Of a stretch of DNA of 64,000 nucleotides, positions 1 through 17,597 are shown piece after piece; positions within the stretch are counted from its first letter, which is position 1; the number at the start of each line of letters is the position of its first letter. Source of the DNA: the human T2T-CHM13v2.0 reference genome, Homo sapiens; NCBI RefSeq assembly GCF_009914755.1, contig NC_060926.1; one strand, written 5' to 3'. The position numbers were made by a program, and so were the translations under genes. Under the pieces are notes generated by a model. It searched no databases, was not told the DNA's origin, and saw only the letters and a program-made list of their open reading frames with translations.

Positions 1-179
<179 letters not shown>

Positions 180-409
180 TCACTGATCTACCTGTCATAA
201 CTCTTGCACCTAATCTTCTACTTATATCATAGGAGAGTGTTCCTCTTAAAATATAAATAAGATCATGGTGTTCTTCTTTTCAGGAACATTCAATGGCCTC
301 CCATTCCATTGCTATTAAGCACAAACTACTGACACATCACCTTATGGTTGTGTGAGATATACTGAGCCGTCCTTCTTGTCCTCACATCTCTAATCTTCTC
401 ACCTTCTGA

Positions 410-925
<516 letters not shown>

Positions 926-1123
926 GGCAATTCCTCTTTATCAAACTTTATTTTTACCATGGAACTTGCCAAACACATTATAATTAACTGATTTTTTTTA
1001 AGAGTTGAGTTACCTAACATTAAAATATAAACTCTATGCAGAGAATTCTACCTGCTTTGTACACTGATATGATTTCCAACATCTGACATACAGTAGGTAT
1101 TCAATAAATTCTATTGTCTAAAA

Positions 1124-1263
1124 GCCGGCTGCAGTGGCGCATGCCTATAGTACCTGCTACTTGAGAGGCTGAGGCAGGAGGATCACTTGAGCCCAGGAGT
1201 TGGAAACCAGCCTGGGCAATGTAACAAGACACTGCCCCTTAAAAAAAAAAAAAAAAAAAAAAA
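1124..1263 (+). mobile_element. FLAM/Alu monomer
   Basis: Left-monomer consensus with poly-A. Confidence 0.85.
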
Positions 1264-1427
1264 GCTATGAAATAAAATGTAATGGAACAGAAATAATTAT
1301 CACTTCACTTCTGAATCAGTTGAAAATAAATAACTGCCCCAAAAATGAGGAAACCTACAGTAATCCTCTTTAATTCATATTGGATTTTAGGTTACTATTA
1401 AAATATTTTGCTATCTCAAGAATTCAG

Positions 1428-1690
1428 CAGGCTGAGCAGAGCAGATGGCTTGAGCCCAGGAGTTCAAGACCAGTCTTGGCAAAATGGCAAAACCCCATCT
1501 CTACAAAAAAATACAAAAATTAGCCAGGCATGGGGGCCCACATCCATGGTCCCAGCTACTCAGGAGGCTGAGGTAGGAGGGTCGCATGAACCCAGTAGGC
1601 AGAGGTTGTAGTAAGCCAAGATCATGCCACTGCACTCTAACCTGGGCAACAGAGCAAGACCCTGTCTCCCAACCAAAAAAAAAAAAAAAA
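1428..1690 (+). mobile_element. 5'-truncated AluJ-type
   Basis: Alu consensus, poly-A, AATTCAGC flanking repeat. Confidence 0.85.
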
Positions 1691-2182
1691 TTCAGCTAGA
1701 AAAACCTTATATTTACTTTGATTAAGAAAATGTTTATAAACCAATACTTTATGATGCACACTGGTGAATATGAAGTTATACCTGAAGTAATATTAAATGA
1801 CAGCTTTTCCATTTCTAGAATGTATGCCTCAACTACCTTAACTTAAACATGGTATTATCCAAGCTCACAGTATCTGAGAAGGTTTGTGTCGTCATCTAGC
1901 AAACTAAAGTCAAGCCCTCTGTATTTCCCCACCTGTGATCTTCAAAGATATGGTGCTCCTTGAGATTTCTGTAAGGTAGGTCTGTTCTAAAATGTGTGAA
2001 AGGAAGAGAACCCGAAAAGGCAAGGTCTAAGAAGATCACTCATTTGGAGATGGCAAGGGTCACATCGGGGTTATCTAAGTCAGTGTGATTTACCCTTTGG
2101 TAAATCATACACATATTTCAAAAGTTACTTTATATGCTGTAATTCTTGCACACATATTTCACGGAAAATAAATTAGTATTAC

Positions 2183-2396
2183 CTCGACTATCATCCATAT
2201 CACCATCCCTTGAATGTTCTGATTGGATGTCTGGAGGTGTCTGAAGGACGGCCACGCTATTTCTGATTTATAATCTTCAATTTCAGTTTTGGTTTTGACA
2301 GTTTTCTTCTTGGAACTGTAACTGTGAGGCTCTGTAACTGAGTCATCCCTGATTCAGTCAAACACACACCATCCTGGGTATAAGTCTTGGGTGGGT
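2183..2396 (-). pseudogene. KMT2C: KMT2C-like exon ~23 (PPKTYTQDGVCLTESGMTQLQ...), +1 frameshift
   Basis: AG at 2397-2398, GT at 2181-2182; 214 nt; extra A at about 2260-2262 turns CAG AAT AGC into CAG AAA TAG. Confidence 0.9.
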
Positions 2397-2632
2397 CTAA
2401 AATTACAAAATCCCAAGAATACAAATTTAAACTTTCATTTTAAATTTGACTGATTACTGTTCCAAAATACCCATGTCAAGGGAATGTGACTGTAGTTCTA
2501 GAAAGTAATTACGTATCTATGAAATGCATGAATAATTAATTTCATGATACCCAATAAAAACTAGGAACAATAGGTCAAACTTCCTTGGATTATAGGCAGA
2601 AATGTTACATGTTTTTAAAAAATGGTCTTCCT

Positions 2633-2964
<332 letters not shown>

Positions 2965-3662
2965 TTAGAAGCACTGCAAATAAATGCAATGCTCAGCTAA
3001 TCCACTATGAGCTTTTTCCTGGAAAAGATCAAAAGGCAGGGATCTATTTACACAAGAGAAGAGAGAATACTCCAGAAGCTCATCTGGAAAAATCAGAGTA
3101 TCAACATAATTACTAATAGGGAGAAGTAATAAATAAGTACAAATCCTGCAGATTTAATTTTAAATGTACAAAACTGTTGTTCCTTAGAACAACTTCTGTA
3201 CTATCCAAATGTTTTTGTATCAGGTGCTATTAAATACAAGTATTCAAAAGAATGACTGTTTAATAAGAATATCATATTAATCACCATACTAGGCTTATTA
3301 ATTATTTTAAAAAATTAAGAGATTGAATTAATTCTAAAAGAAATCTGCTTGCTAACTAGGCCGTATTTTCTGCTAACTGATAATTAAGCACAGTAATATA
3401 TCAATGAAACCAAAGCAAGTATGGCATTAATGGTTATTCTAAGAGCTGTTATTTTTGTTGCCAACTTGCTGAAATTTATAGGAATACTGCCCCAGTAAAG
3501 CTGGATGACATTTTATATATCATTGTGGAAATGATTACCAACATTACGGAATTTGGATAGAACACCCATATGATTGAAGCAGATTTTATAAGTGGTAAGC
3601 CAATTATGTAAAAATTAAGCAAAGTAAATTAATTAAATTAAGTAAAGCATTTCAAATTTTAA

Positions 3663-3728
3663 CTAGCTCTTTTACTTTTGTGACAATTTGTGCTACAAGT
3701 GAAGATCCACAGCAGTCTGAGGAAGGCA
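3663..3728 (-). pseudogene. KMT2C: KMT2C-like exon ~22 (VPSSDCCGSSLVAQIVTKVKEL), donor mutated
   Basis: 66 nt with AG acceptor after a poly-T tract; ends GAGCTAG|TTAAAA, i.e. TT where GT is expected. Confidence 0.85.
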
Positions 3729-4235
3729 CTGAAATGAAAAAAAAAAAATCCAGGTAATTCTTTTCAGAAAAGGTAAAGTGTATTTACATACTTACATATG
3801 ATTAAAATTTCTGTTTCTATACTCATTTTATTAAAATAAATGTTTGAACACTAAAGTTAAAAGCACTTTTTAAAGCAACAACAAAACAAGAAGTGATGAA
3901 GGAAATACTCAAGTCATGGAGGAAAACCTGGCTAAGAAAGAATCAACACATTGGATTTTAACATATTGTCAATAACTACAAGATCATGTTCCTTGGAAGC
4001 AAAATTATAGTTTACATCTAAAGTATACGCTTTTTATTGTTTCATGTAAATTGTTTTATAACAAGTTGTGATAAGTCATGTATAATCAACAATAATATTT
4101 TTCATAAAATACTTGTCAAAGTAAGTTTCACAAAGACAAAATAGAGTAGAGCTAAGCTAATTCATTGGTTATGGACAGTAAGGTGCAAGTGAGTGGTACA
4201 AGAGTGCAGACTCACAGTTTAAATTATTCTTTTAC

Positions 4236-4345
4236 CATTAGACGCAGGCATATAGGGTCTGCACATGTTGCAATCAAAACCAATGTCTGCTACATTTTCC
4301 ACTTCTTCCTCAGTATTTAAGTTCTGACGAACTGCATGCATCCAT
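4236..4345 (-). pseudogene. KMT2C: KMT2C-like exon ~21 (WMHAVRQNLNTEEEVENVADIGFDCNMCRPY), PHD6 C-terminal half
   Basis: 110 nt with AG/GT; the HAVC Zn-ligand Cys reads CGT (Arg). Confidence 0.9.
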
Positions 4346-5172
4346 CTAAAAAGACCATATTTGTACATTTTTTTTAAAAAATGGAATATACTGAGAACTG
4401 CTACCTTTTAAAACCTGTAACACTGAGTCATCAAACTTAAAAGCCCTAAGCCTCACATGCTCCTCCTACCTTGCCCTTTTCTCCTAACTATCCCTATTAA
4501 CAGAAAAACTTTCATAGAGCTAAGAAGGAAATAAAAAGGAATGAGAACAACTATTAGAGAGGAAGCAAAGCACATTACATAAGGAAGCTAATTATTTTAT
4601 CATCATATATTAAATATTTCAAAGACAGCAAGGAAGCTAGTTAGGGCAAACACAAAGGTATTCAGAAAACGGCAAATGGCAGTGCTAGCATATATGGGCT
4701 CCAGGCAATGCATCTAACTTGAAGTAGACATATATCATGGAAAGCGATGTTGAATGGTAATTGGGAAATAAAGTAAAAAGTTGTCTTGCAATGGAACAGA
4801 TAATTAGTAGCCAGAGTCCCAAGAATACTGTACTACTGATAAAATAATACTATCAATATATGTTCACTGCTTAACTTCTAAAGAGTACAACAATATACCA
4901 ATGAAAGCAAGGAAACATTCTTGATTTTGAAATTCCACATAATTACGTAGGGAGGGCAGAAGGTGCTATCTAATACCTAGATATCTAGTATCTAGAGCTT
5001 TAAGAGAAAGTGGTTTAAGGAGAACAGAAAGTGTTAGATATTTTTTATAATCTATTAAAAGATTCAGAAACCCTTCATAAGAAACAGCATAGAGGAAGAC
5101 AATAATTCTCCATCTAATTTCAAGGGATTCCTAAACCCTCAAAAAGGCCTAAATTAAAAATCTTCAGTCTTG

Positions 5173-5522
<350 letters not shown>

Positions 5523-5675
5523 TCAATTCTGTAAGTTTCTAGGTGACTAAAAATCTACAAGGCAAAAAGCTCTGTACCTAAAACTTGTGATTAAGGAAAA
5601 GCTATTTTCCATTTTTTTTTTTTTGCTACATTTCAAAGAGAAAAGCTTTAAAAAGATGAAAAAATAGCACAATAC

Positions 5676-5840
5676 CTATCACATTGTCTTCATTGCAGAA
5701 TAAGATCTTCTTCTCTATAGTTTCAATAGCAGACTGGACAGGAAGATAAACTTGCACAAGGAGCGCACTGTGTGTAATTGTTCTGCCATTCACATCTTAG
5801 ACCTGCAGATGTTGCTCCACAGTGTCTGCACCAAACACAC
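5676..5840 (-). pseudogene. KMT2C: KMT2C-like exon ~20 with two in-frame TGA stops
   Basis: 165 nt with AG/GT; CVWCRHCGATSAGLRCEWQNNYTQCAPCASLSSCPVCY*NYREEDLILQ*RQCD; stops at 5723-5725 and 5690-5692. Confidence 0.92.
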
Positions 5841-6095
5841 CTGAAATCCAAATCCCCCCGAAAAGTCTCAATTTTATTTTCTTAGTTATTCAGTTACTGT
5901 AATTCAGGAAGCTACATACGAACATAATGGGGCAAATGATTTAATGTGTATGTGAAAATTTTTCTGATTAGTGGTATCTATCATAGAATATGTGTATTAT
6001 TCAATTAAATAGGTATGGCTAATTTTTAAAAACTAAAGTGGTATGAGAAAGCTCTGAACTTGAAAGACTAACAAGGCAAACAAACCCTAGAGAAC

Positions 6096-6277
6096 CATTT
6101 GCACTTCCAGCCTCCTTTGGGAACTGTCTGCAATGGAGGGTCTAGGCAGTAGGTGTGATAACTTATGTCACAATCATCACACAGCAGGAGTCTTCCTGGG
6201 TCAGTTGCCTTCCCACAGGCCTCACACACAGTGCACTCAAGACACCTCCAACCTTTGCTAAGAACCACTTTAGTGAT
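6096..6277 (-). pseudogene. KMT2C: KMT2C-like exon ~19 (end of PHD4, PHD5), open frame
   Basis: 182 nt; ITKVVLSKGWRCLEC...GGWKCKW (ORF track 6068..6301); AG at 6278-6279; weak donor TG|GTTCTC. Confidence 0.95.
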
Positions 6278-6649
6278 CTGTAAAAGAAACAACCAATCCA
6301 TGTGATTTATGCATTAACCTAACATAATCAAATATACTATATAAATTAATATGGTGCTTATGTACCTAGAAGCAGAAAGGGGCAATCAACTAACATTTAT
6401 TGAGCGCCTACGGAGGCCCAATACTGGGTTGGGCATGTTCATACATGCTTTTAGGAGCCTACTGAGCAGAATAATAGAAAATGGCACATATTTTAATGCC
6501 TTTTTAAAGTCCACATAATTACCTTATGCTGTACATTTAATGTCCACTGTATTTATAGATATAGTGACCAGATTTTAAAGAAATCAAGTAAGCTTCACTA
6601 TTATTGATACATAATTTGAAAATACATCAACAAAATCTCCATCTACATT

Positions 6650-7450
6650 TCCATGCTTAGAATCAATAGAAAAAATACCAAAAAAATTAATGTAAAGCAT
6701 GAGTTCTTAGGGACATTTTATGATCTTAGAAGATTTCTATTTAGACTATGAAGCTAGGAATTCTGAAGTTCACATTCACTCCTCTGTTTATTCTCCCCTC
6801 TCTCAAGGGTATAAGTTAGCAGAATATTTGGGAATTTCCAAATCCCTAACAAACTCCTGAAGGAAGCCACACCATGTAATATTAAGATTGCGGAACTTCT
6901 TAAAGATCTCAAAAGACTAGGATCCTCAGACAGAACCAATCAAGTGCCCACATTATAATGAAACAGCAAGTAATGAGGGTACAGAATAAAAATTCAGATC
7001 ATGAGGTACAAGAAAGCCTAAAAGCTACCAGAGAAGAAAATAAAAGAGTTAAATTCAAAGGAACACCCATCAGAATGGCACAAAACTTCCCAACTCCAGA
7101 TGCTAGAAGAGTATAATCTTCCAATTCTACAGGAAAATACTTTTCAAAGTACAATTCTCAACCTAGCTACACAAGCAACTATGTGTGAAGACAGAATACG
7201 TTGTAGACACAGGAAGACTCAAAATTCAGCTCCTTCATTCTCCTTCTAATAAAGTTACTTAGAGATATGCGGAACAGAATGAGGATGTATTACAAAGAAA
7301 AGGAAGACTTGGGATCTATAAATCAACAGATCTGACAAAGGACATCAGGCCAGGGAAGTTTAAGGATGAGAACAACACACCCAGAAGCCACTGGCACATA
7401 TCAGAGCAGGAGAAGGGAATGTCTAGAAAGAGGGTAGGACTTCTCCCAGA
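6650..7450 (+). mobile_element. Old L1 fragment (ORF1 3' region)
   Basis: A-rich; AAAGGAACACCCATCAGAATGGCA resembles the L1 ORF1 KG.PIR.. segment; limits approximate. Confidence 0.5.
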
Positions 7451-7878
7451 AAAAAACAGTACTTTAAAAAATAATCTTATATGATAGTTCTATAGTAGGC
7501 AAAAACAAAGAACGAATGGAGAGTCACTATTACTTTCTTGTTATTAAAAACTCCATGAAAGACAAAAGAAACTCATAGTATACTGTTTAGATCTGCAGTG
7601 AACATTTACTGAGTCATAACCAACACCTTATTAATTGAACTAAACATAGTAATACAACTATATTGGGAGAAGGAAGGAGGTGTATTTTAAGACCTAAATC
7701 AGAATTTATTTATTCATAGCAGAAAGTCAACAAAATCTAGCATTGATAAAGCAGTAAACCAGTTGATTATTTAGAGCTATAGCATTAACCACAAGAAAAA
7801 AGACCTGAAAAGATTAAAAGTGATTCCCTCAGATGTGGACGTAGAGTAAGACAAGAGTTGGTTGTTCATTACAAGGCC

Positions 7879-8175
7879 TTTTTTTTTTTTTTTGAGATGG
7901 AGTCTTGCTCTGTTGCCTGGGCTGGAGTGCAGTGGTGTGATCTCAGCTCACTGCAACCTCCGGCTCCCATGTTCAAATAATTCTCCTGGCTCAGCCTCCT
8001 GAGTAGCTAGGACTAGAGGAATGAGCCACCACACTCGGCTAATTTTTGTATTTTTAGTAGAGATGGGGTTTTACTGTGTTGGCCAGGCTGGCTTGAACTC
8101 CTGCCCTCAAGTGATCCACCCGCCTCGGCCTCCCAAAGTGCTGGGATGACAGGTGTGAGGCACCACACCTGGCCC
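7879..8175 (-). mobile_element. AluS-type
   Basis: Poly-T plus consensus; degenerate TSD CATTACRAGGC. Confidence 0.9.
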
Positions 8176-8333
8176 ATTACGAGGCTTTTAATGTCATTTG
8201 ATTTTTAAACATGTATATTTATTATTTTGATTAGCTTATTGATTTTTAAGAATTTGTCTTAGATTACCAAGTTAGTATATTATTTGCCCAAATGAAGGAA
8301 ATGGCCTGGGGTAAGATCAGGGTGGCTTAGAGC

Positions 8334-8555
8334 AGTAGCCAGCAAACATTTCCAATAAAGGGCCAGAGAGTAAACAGAAAGTTTTGAGGGCCATATGATC
8401 TGTTGCAACTTTATAAAAACTCTGCCAGTGTAATGCAAAAACCGCTACAAATATATGTAAACAAAAGAACTTGGCCATATTTCAATAAAAGTTTATTTGC
8501 AAACACAGGAAATGGGCCAGATTTAGTCTATGGGCCAGTCTGCCTGATCCTGGCT
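8334..8555. mobile_element. MER58-like hAT DNA transposon
   Basis: CAAAC..AAAGGGCCAGA..GTAAA and CAATAAAA.TTTATTT motifs as recalled for MER58A. Confidence 0.65.
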
Positions 8556-11549
8556 TAAACAATGACCTGAAGACAAAGTGGCAGACAGATCTGAGGTGTT
8601 TAGTGGCAGAACTTTTAAAATATTTATCTTCATTCCTACTAAGTTTTCTTCACAGATACCTGTGGTCCCTTTTACAACCAAACTCTCAAGTTTCTCCGCT
8701 TATATTCACTCTTCAAAACACTACAGTCTGGTCTCTACACCCACATCCACTCATAACTGCTTAAGCCAGGCTTGTCAAGACCTTCTTATTCTCAAATCTA
8801 ATGGAAACATTAGTGTTTGTGTTTCTTGACTTCTAGTACTTCAACACTTCAACAATTTCTCCGTCTTTGAAATTTCCTTTTAACTTAGGTACTGGGGTTG
8901 TACTATCATTTTTTTCTTCCGTTGAACCAGTTTAGCCTTAGTTTTAAAAGTTTTTTCAAATAAGATGTCATCCAGGATTCCATCCATGGTACCATGTCCA
9001 AAGTTGTTACAGATATGTTTTATAATCTAATACGGATACATGCTTCAACGATAATGGAGTATATGGGACCAGGCTGTTTTCCCATAAGATAGTAGAAAAT
9101 TGGACAAAGTGTATGAAACAACTGTTTTCAGATATTGGACAACACATAGTAAAGGAGACAGTGGTCTCTGAGAGGAAGGAAACACTCAGGGAGTCCTATG
9201 ATATTCTGCCTAGAAACATTTTCCAGAATCCTGCCCAGGGAGGGAGAACCGCAGCAGAGTACAATCAATGGCCTCGCTGAGGTTAGGGGAGGCGAGGCAG
9301 TGGAATTTGCAGGACACAGTACTCAAAATGAAGAAGCAATAAGGACTAAGAGCTCCAGAAATCTACAAAGGATCCCCTGAAGTCTTTGGTGGAACACCAA
9401 GCCGTACTTCTAGAAGCCCAAAGACCCACAACCAGGGGAAAGTACATCTACTGGGAATGTGTAAGCTGCACAATTACCAGAGCTTGCAAAAGGCTCAAAG
9501 ACAAGTGAAGCACAACCAGTCAGAGTACAAAGACACTGGTGAACAGGGGGTAGAATTCAGTAGTGATCCCAGAAAGGCCAAGTCTTAAGTATAGGGTTAA
9601 ACTAATGCTAGGACTGCAGCTACCAAAATGTGGACTAGGGAACCCCAGTGGGTCTGTAAAGTTAAAACAAGTTTAAATAATACTAAGATTTAATTTGCCT
9701 TTTTTCACTTTAATTTATTCACAATTATACAGTGGTGTTTATAGAAGCTACATGTTGTATCATAATATTACATTGACATTGTACAGGTTGTGCTTCTGTA
9801 GTCTTGTGTTACAAAATGTTCCTAGTTTTAATTTCTAAAATGCTGAATAGTCGATAGTTAAAATCCTCATGAACAAAAACTATGGCGTCCCCAGTAATTT
9901 TAAAGAGTGTTAAGGTTCTAAAACCATAAAGTTTGAAAATATCCACCTTAGAGTGAAGGCTTTCTAGACTTGCCCCAGCAAGCTTAAAAAGAAGCTTCAA
10001 AGGTATCAAACTTATCCACAAACAATTGCCTCCTGCAATAAAAATGCAAGCTGAGCCAATTCACATATCCCTAGTATATTTCTAGATACTGCTGTATTTC
10101 TCAATGAGACTGCAGTATTCTATACTGTCCAAAACAGTGTCATGTAAAAGGAACCACACATAATTTTTAAAAACAGGAATAACTAGGTGTCTGATAGTGC
10201 ACTAATTGTCCAATCTTAACTTATGTAAGTCGTACTCATCTGTAAAATGGGAATTCGGTAATTGTTGGATGGGTTAAAAGAAATACATTACTATCTTGAA
10301 AGGGATCTTATTCAATTTCCTTAGGTCCAAAACATTAAGCATTCTAAAAAACAAAATCTAATGATAGCAGCTACTTTTATACAGAATATAAAGTACAAAG
10401 AAGAAAAGAAACATGTTTTATGCATATATAACTCCATTTTTAATTGGCTTTATATACTCTGTGTTTTTCAGTCACATACCATGAGCAAGCAACTAATTTT
10501 AAAAAACTACAGAAATTAACCATACTAGTCTTCTATTTTGGATAGTATTAATTACAATCTTTCATTTTGATTCCTAAATTCACAAAAACCTGTATTACCC
10601 TATAAAATAAATACTAGTGTAGTTATCAACAAAGAATTCTGAAGGAGATAATGTTGATTTGCTTACTATACTGACATTTTACTGACAATGATATAACACA
10701 GTGATGTCTGAAGGGCAGGGGAGAATGGTATAAAAATCACTCATGGTTCACAACCTATTATTGAAACTGAGGTTAGTATTTATATTACATGGTATGGCAA
10801 TACTAGAAAAGATTTCCTTGTGGAGTATACAGTTTAAGACCTCTGCTGTACAGCTATACCTCCATGCTTGCTTCCAGTGGCCATGACACTTTATTCAAAT
10901 ATGTAAGTTTTATTAAGACTGAGTTCTTAAAAAGAAAAAACCAAGAACCTTAGATACAACTAGTGAAGTATTGAGACCTGTCCATATTTAAAACCAAGCA
11001 CACGATACCGCTTAAAAGGTTCCCCAGAAAGCCTCTATCCTGAAATGCTTGAAAGTGAGCAGTGCTGACTCTCGATTATTACCGATTGCATTAAATATGA
11101 CACTTGTTTTCTTTCTTTTGGCTATAAGGAGAAAATGTCATTTTGTATATGAGTGAGCACAGAGGAGAGAGAATGTGGGAAAGAACAGAATGGGATAATA
11201 ATTTTTTACTAAATACTCCAGTTCTCAGCTTTATAAATCAACAGACAAAATGAATCAGCTAAACCTAAAATCTTTGTGAATAGTATAAATTGTCTTTTAA
11301 ATTAAATGCATATATTTTTATGTTTTACTTTTTCAAGACAAAAGCAGGATATTAGTACAATATAAGATTTATAGAGGAGCAAATTTCTTGAGATAGGAAA
11401 CCCTTAAAAGCAGTATTTAAAGTACTTAAATACGGTCACATATGTTTAATAATCATAATACTTAATTGTGAGAACTGGGAGCTCATGTTACTACTAAAAC
11501 CAAATAAAAATTCAATACATATTTGTTAACTCAGTTTAAGGATGTTTAC

Positions 11550-11654
11550 CTTAATACTGACACAGTATGGATGGTAACACTGACCACACTGAGAACAGGC
11601 AAGTAATCTTCCTTCTGCTCCTTGGCCAAAACTGCCACAAACTACACATATATC
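11550..11654 (-). pseudogene. KMT2C: KMT2C-like exon ~18 (PHD4), open frame
   Basis: 105 nt with AG/GT; DICVVCGSFGQGAEGRLLACSQCGQCYHPYCVSIK. Confidence 0.95.
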
Positions 11655-11846
11655 CTGAAGTTAAGAAAACAGAACATATTTTAAATGGAGACTAAGCTAA
11701 AAACCTACAAATTTTACTTTAAAAATACCTTCTTAACTAATATAGCTCTATAGCTAAATATTGGATCACTTCTGTGTATATGAGATAAAGCAGAAATGTG
11801 CAAGGAGGAATTCAATGAGGAAGACAGTAAATTGTCAAGTTCAAAC

Positions 11847-11948
11847 CTGATTCAAAGTGAACTTGTCACTGCTAGAAAACAACACAACCATATCGAGCAC
11901 AGAGTTTTCTTCATCATCCTTATTTGATGAAATATCTGCAGTAGACAC
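11847..11948 (-). pseudogene. KMT2C: KMT2C-like exon ~17, open frame
   Basis: 102 nt with AG/GT; VSTADISSNKDDEENSVLDMVVLFSSSDKFTLNQ. Confidence 0.93.
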
Positions 11949-12397
11949 CTATAAAAAGCAAAATACACAAAATACGAAGTTATATTTTTCACTTGTTTTA
12001 CACTTAACTGGAAAGCTTCAGAAAATTCATAATCAAAACATATATTTTTGCTAAGGTCTAGAATAACAATTCCAAATATTAATGCTAAGATACTACAGCA
12101 AAATGGAGTCATGACATTTTATTATTCAACTCATTCTCTCTTTAGAGGTAGAATTCCTTTAGACCAAGAAGTAATGAGAAAATATAATAAAGCTGTCTTA
12201 GTAAGACTTGATTATGCAGAATTCTAATCAAGAAACTATAAATGATAATATTATAGGTATGTACACACACAAATCTATCACTATTTTAATGACACACACT
12301 TGGGATCTGCAATGTAGTTAGTCTGAACTGAGATGTCCTGCAAACATAAAATACAGCACATAATTACATATTACATGTTGAAATGGTAATATTTTAG

Positions 12398-12700
<303 letters not shown>

Positions 12701-13095
12701 AACTCACTGTAACTTTTTAATGTGGCTACTAGGAAGTTTTAAATTGCATATGTGGTTCTCATTATATTTCTATTAGCACCGCTTTAGAATATTATTTTGA
12801 ATAACATCCAAATTTCAGTATCAGCCAAATGATTATCAACCAATATTGTTCAGTCTGGACTTAGTTCTATTTGACTAAATCAACTAAGTAGCCACTGGTT
12901 TGTTAATAATTTCTAGAGTGATATGAAACAAAATAAAGCTCTGAACTAGAAGTTGTAGAAGAAGACAAGGAGGGCACTGCCAAAATCATAAAATACAATC
13001 CTCTTTCTTTAAAAAGCTTACAACCGAAGCCTGGAAAGACAGAGTTGAAACACAACAGGTTATGTTCAAGGTCAAAACATAAAACGACTGAATTA

Positions 13096-13458
<363 letters not shown>

Positions 13459-13517
13459 TTAACTAAATAGAAGGACTATATCTCAGTATTTTTCAATACA
13501 AATACATTTAAAAGCAG

Positions 13518-13826
13518 TTTTTTTTGGTTTGTTTTTTTGTTTGTTTGTTTTTGAGATGGAGTCTTGCTATGTCACCCAGGCTGGAGTGCAGTGGCACAAT
13601 CTCAGCTCACTGCAAGCTCTGTCTTCACGGCATTCTCCTGCCTCAGCCTCCCGAGTAGCTGGGACTACAGGCGCCTGCCACCATGCCCAGCTAATTTTTT
13701 GTATTTTTAGTAGAGATGGGGTTTCACCATGTTAGCCAGGATGGTCTCGATCTCCAGACCTCACGATCCACCCACCTCGGCCTCCCGAAGTGCTGGGATT
13801 ACAGGCATGAGCCACCGTGCCCAGCC
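13518..13826 (-). mobile_element. AluY-like
   Basis: Consensus; TSD TAAAAGCAGTTTT on both sides. Confidence 0.92.
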
Positions 13827-15099
13827 TAAAAGCAGTTTTAATGGATAGTACTAATGCTTTATAAGAGCAATTTATAGTCATATGAACCCTAATGACTACA
13901 AGTGTTAATAATGCCAATATTCATCATTAGGGAGTAAGTAAAGCCATGACAAATCCAAACATTAGAAAATTATGCAACATTTTAAAAGTAGGGAGGTAGA
14001 AACTTGTATAGACTGCCATGAAAGAAATTATCAAAAGACGTTATTGATGAAAAAATAAATTGCAGAACAGTATTTGAGGTATAGCACTATAATATAAAAA
14101 CATGCAAAGTCATTATATGTAGTCTATGGGCACATATAATAGGTTGAATCATAAGAAATTGCTGCTTTTCATCAGTTCAGAAATAATATTGGCAATTTCA
14201 TATGGATCAACCTAATATATAAATATACCAAACTGGTAACAGGGAAATAAGGAGGACTGAGGAGTTAGTAATGGTAAATTCTGATCTACCTATAACGCTT
14301 TAATTTTTTTAATAGAGAAAATGTATTGATGTGTTATATGCATAGCATTAACAAAATTAGCTTTCTAAGATTTTAGAGAATCATCCAAGATGATTCACAA
14401 AAGTAGAATCATCATCACCAGTAAGAAACTAAGTGACTACTAAAAGTAATCATTAATTCAGTCATAGGACTAATGATGCATTGACAAGGCTATTGAGATA
14501 TATAATTATGGAAATGGCTAAAATAGAGATAAAGTATCTATTTCTACCTCCCAACCACTAACAGAAAATTCAACACATTATACACACTGAGCAGCTCAAA
14601 GAAATTGTAAAGATCCATTATTATTTTTAAAAGGAAATTTAACCAGTGGATGCTTTCACTGAAAATGATAAACAATATATTCCCAGTATAAACCAGAAAC
14701 AAAGTCTGCAGTAGAAAACTACAATGTCCCTAGATTCAAGTGGGGGTGGGGAGTCATATTTAAATAATAAGTGCAGAAAAACCAAAATATTTTAAAATAA
14801 TTGTCCATGCAAGAAAAAAAACAGTATCATCTAGCTTGAAGACCCACTGTTTTTATTTTATAATTTATTTCATGACCTTTAGACTGCTAGAAAAATAAAA
14901 CCTAACTTGAGGGCAAAGGTAATCTTTGAGAAAATATGTGCTATTGTTGCCTGCATAGATAATAGTGTGATTTATCCAGAAGGTGATAGAAATTTCATTT
15001 TCCTAGACCACAGATATAAGCCAAGGAGAATAGAAAGCTCTGACCTAAACTTCACAAGTGTCCCTTCCAAGCAGGGACACGTAAGAGTAAACAAAAAAA

Positions 15100-16945
<1,846 letters not shown>

Positions 16946-17480
16946 GTTTTAAAATTTTTCTTTTTGAAAAAAGGACAAGAATCTAAGCTTCCTTATTCCT
17001 GGTTTAGTAGTAAACTTGAACAATTTCACCTGTCTCCTATACTTAAAATGACATTTCAGAATTTTAAAAACAGGATTTTAATAAAATAGCGAAGTTATTA
17101 CATAAAATATTTGCTAGTAGTTAACAAATATATTTGTAATACACATATAAATAAAGCCTCATAACATGATAGTAAGCAAATATCAATCTTAAAATTTTTT
17201 AAATAAAAGAGCACCTATATTACATACTGACTTTTTAGAGAGGGTTGGCATAGAAAGATAAGGAGTCAAAGAGGAAGGTAAGAAAAGAGAAAGGATAAGA
17301 AAGTAAATATACAAGAAAACGTAACCAGAGGCTCAAAAAAAAAAAAAAAAGCAAAGTAGGACAGTAAAATAAACATTTTGACCTATTTATATAACTTTTA
17401 AGTTCAAAATAACTTGCTATGAGATTTTCATCATTAACTGACATTTAGATTAGAGAAAATATACATGAAGCAAGCCTCAC

Positions 17481-17597
17481 CCCAGGCAATACAACAGCTC
17501 CGATTCCACTTTTCAGCTTTGACCTGCCTCGGCCACCTCGCCCCGACAGTCCTGCACCTCGAGGTCTCCGCTTTCCTGGAAATCCAGACCCATGGCC
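17481..17597 (-). pseudogene. KMT2C: KMT2C-like exon ~16 (RG-rich), open frame
   Basis: 117 nt, AG and GTGAG; GHGSGFPGKRRPRGAGLSGRGGRGRSKLKSGIGAVVLPG. Confidence 0.93.
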
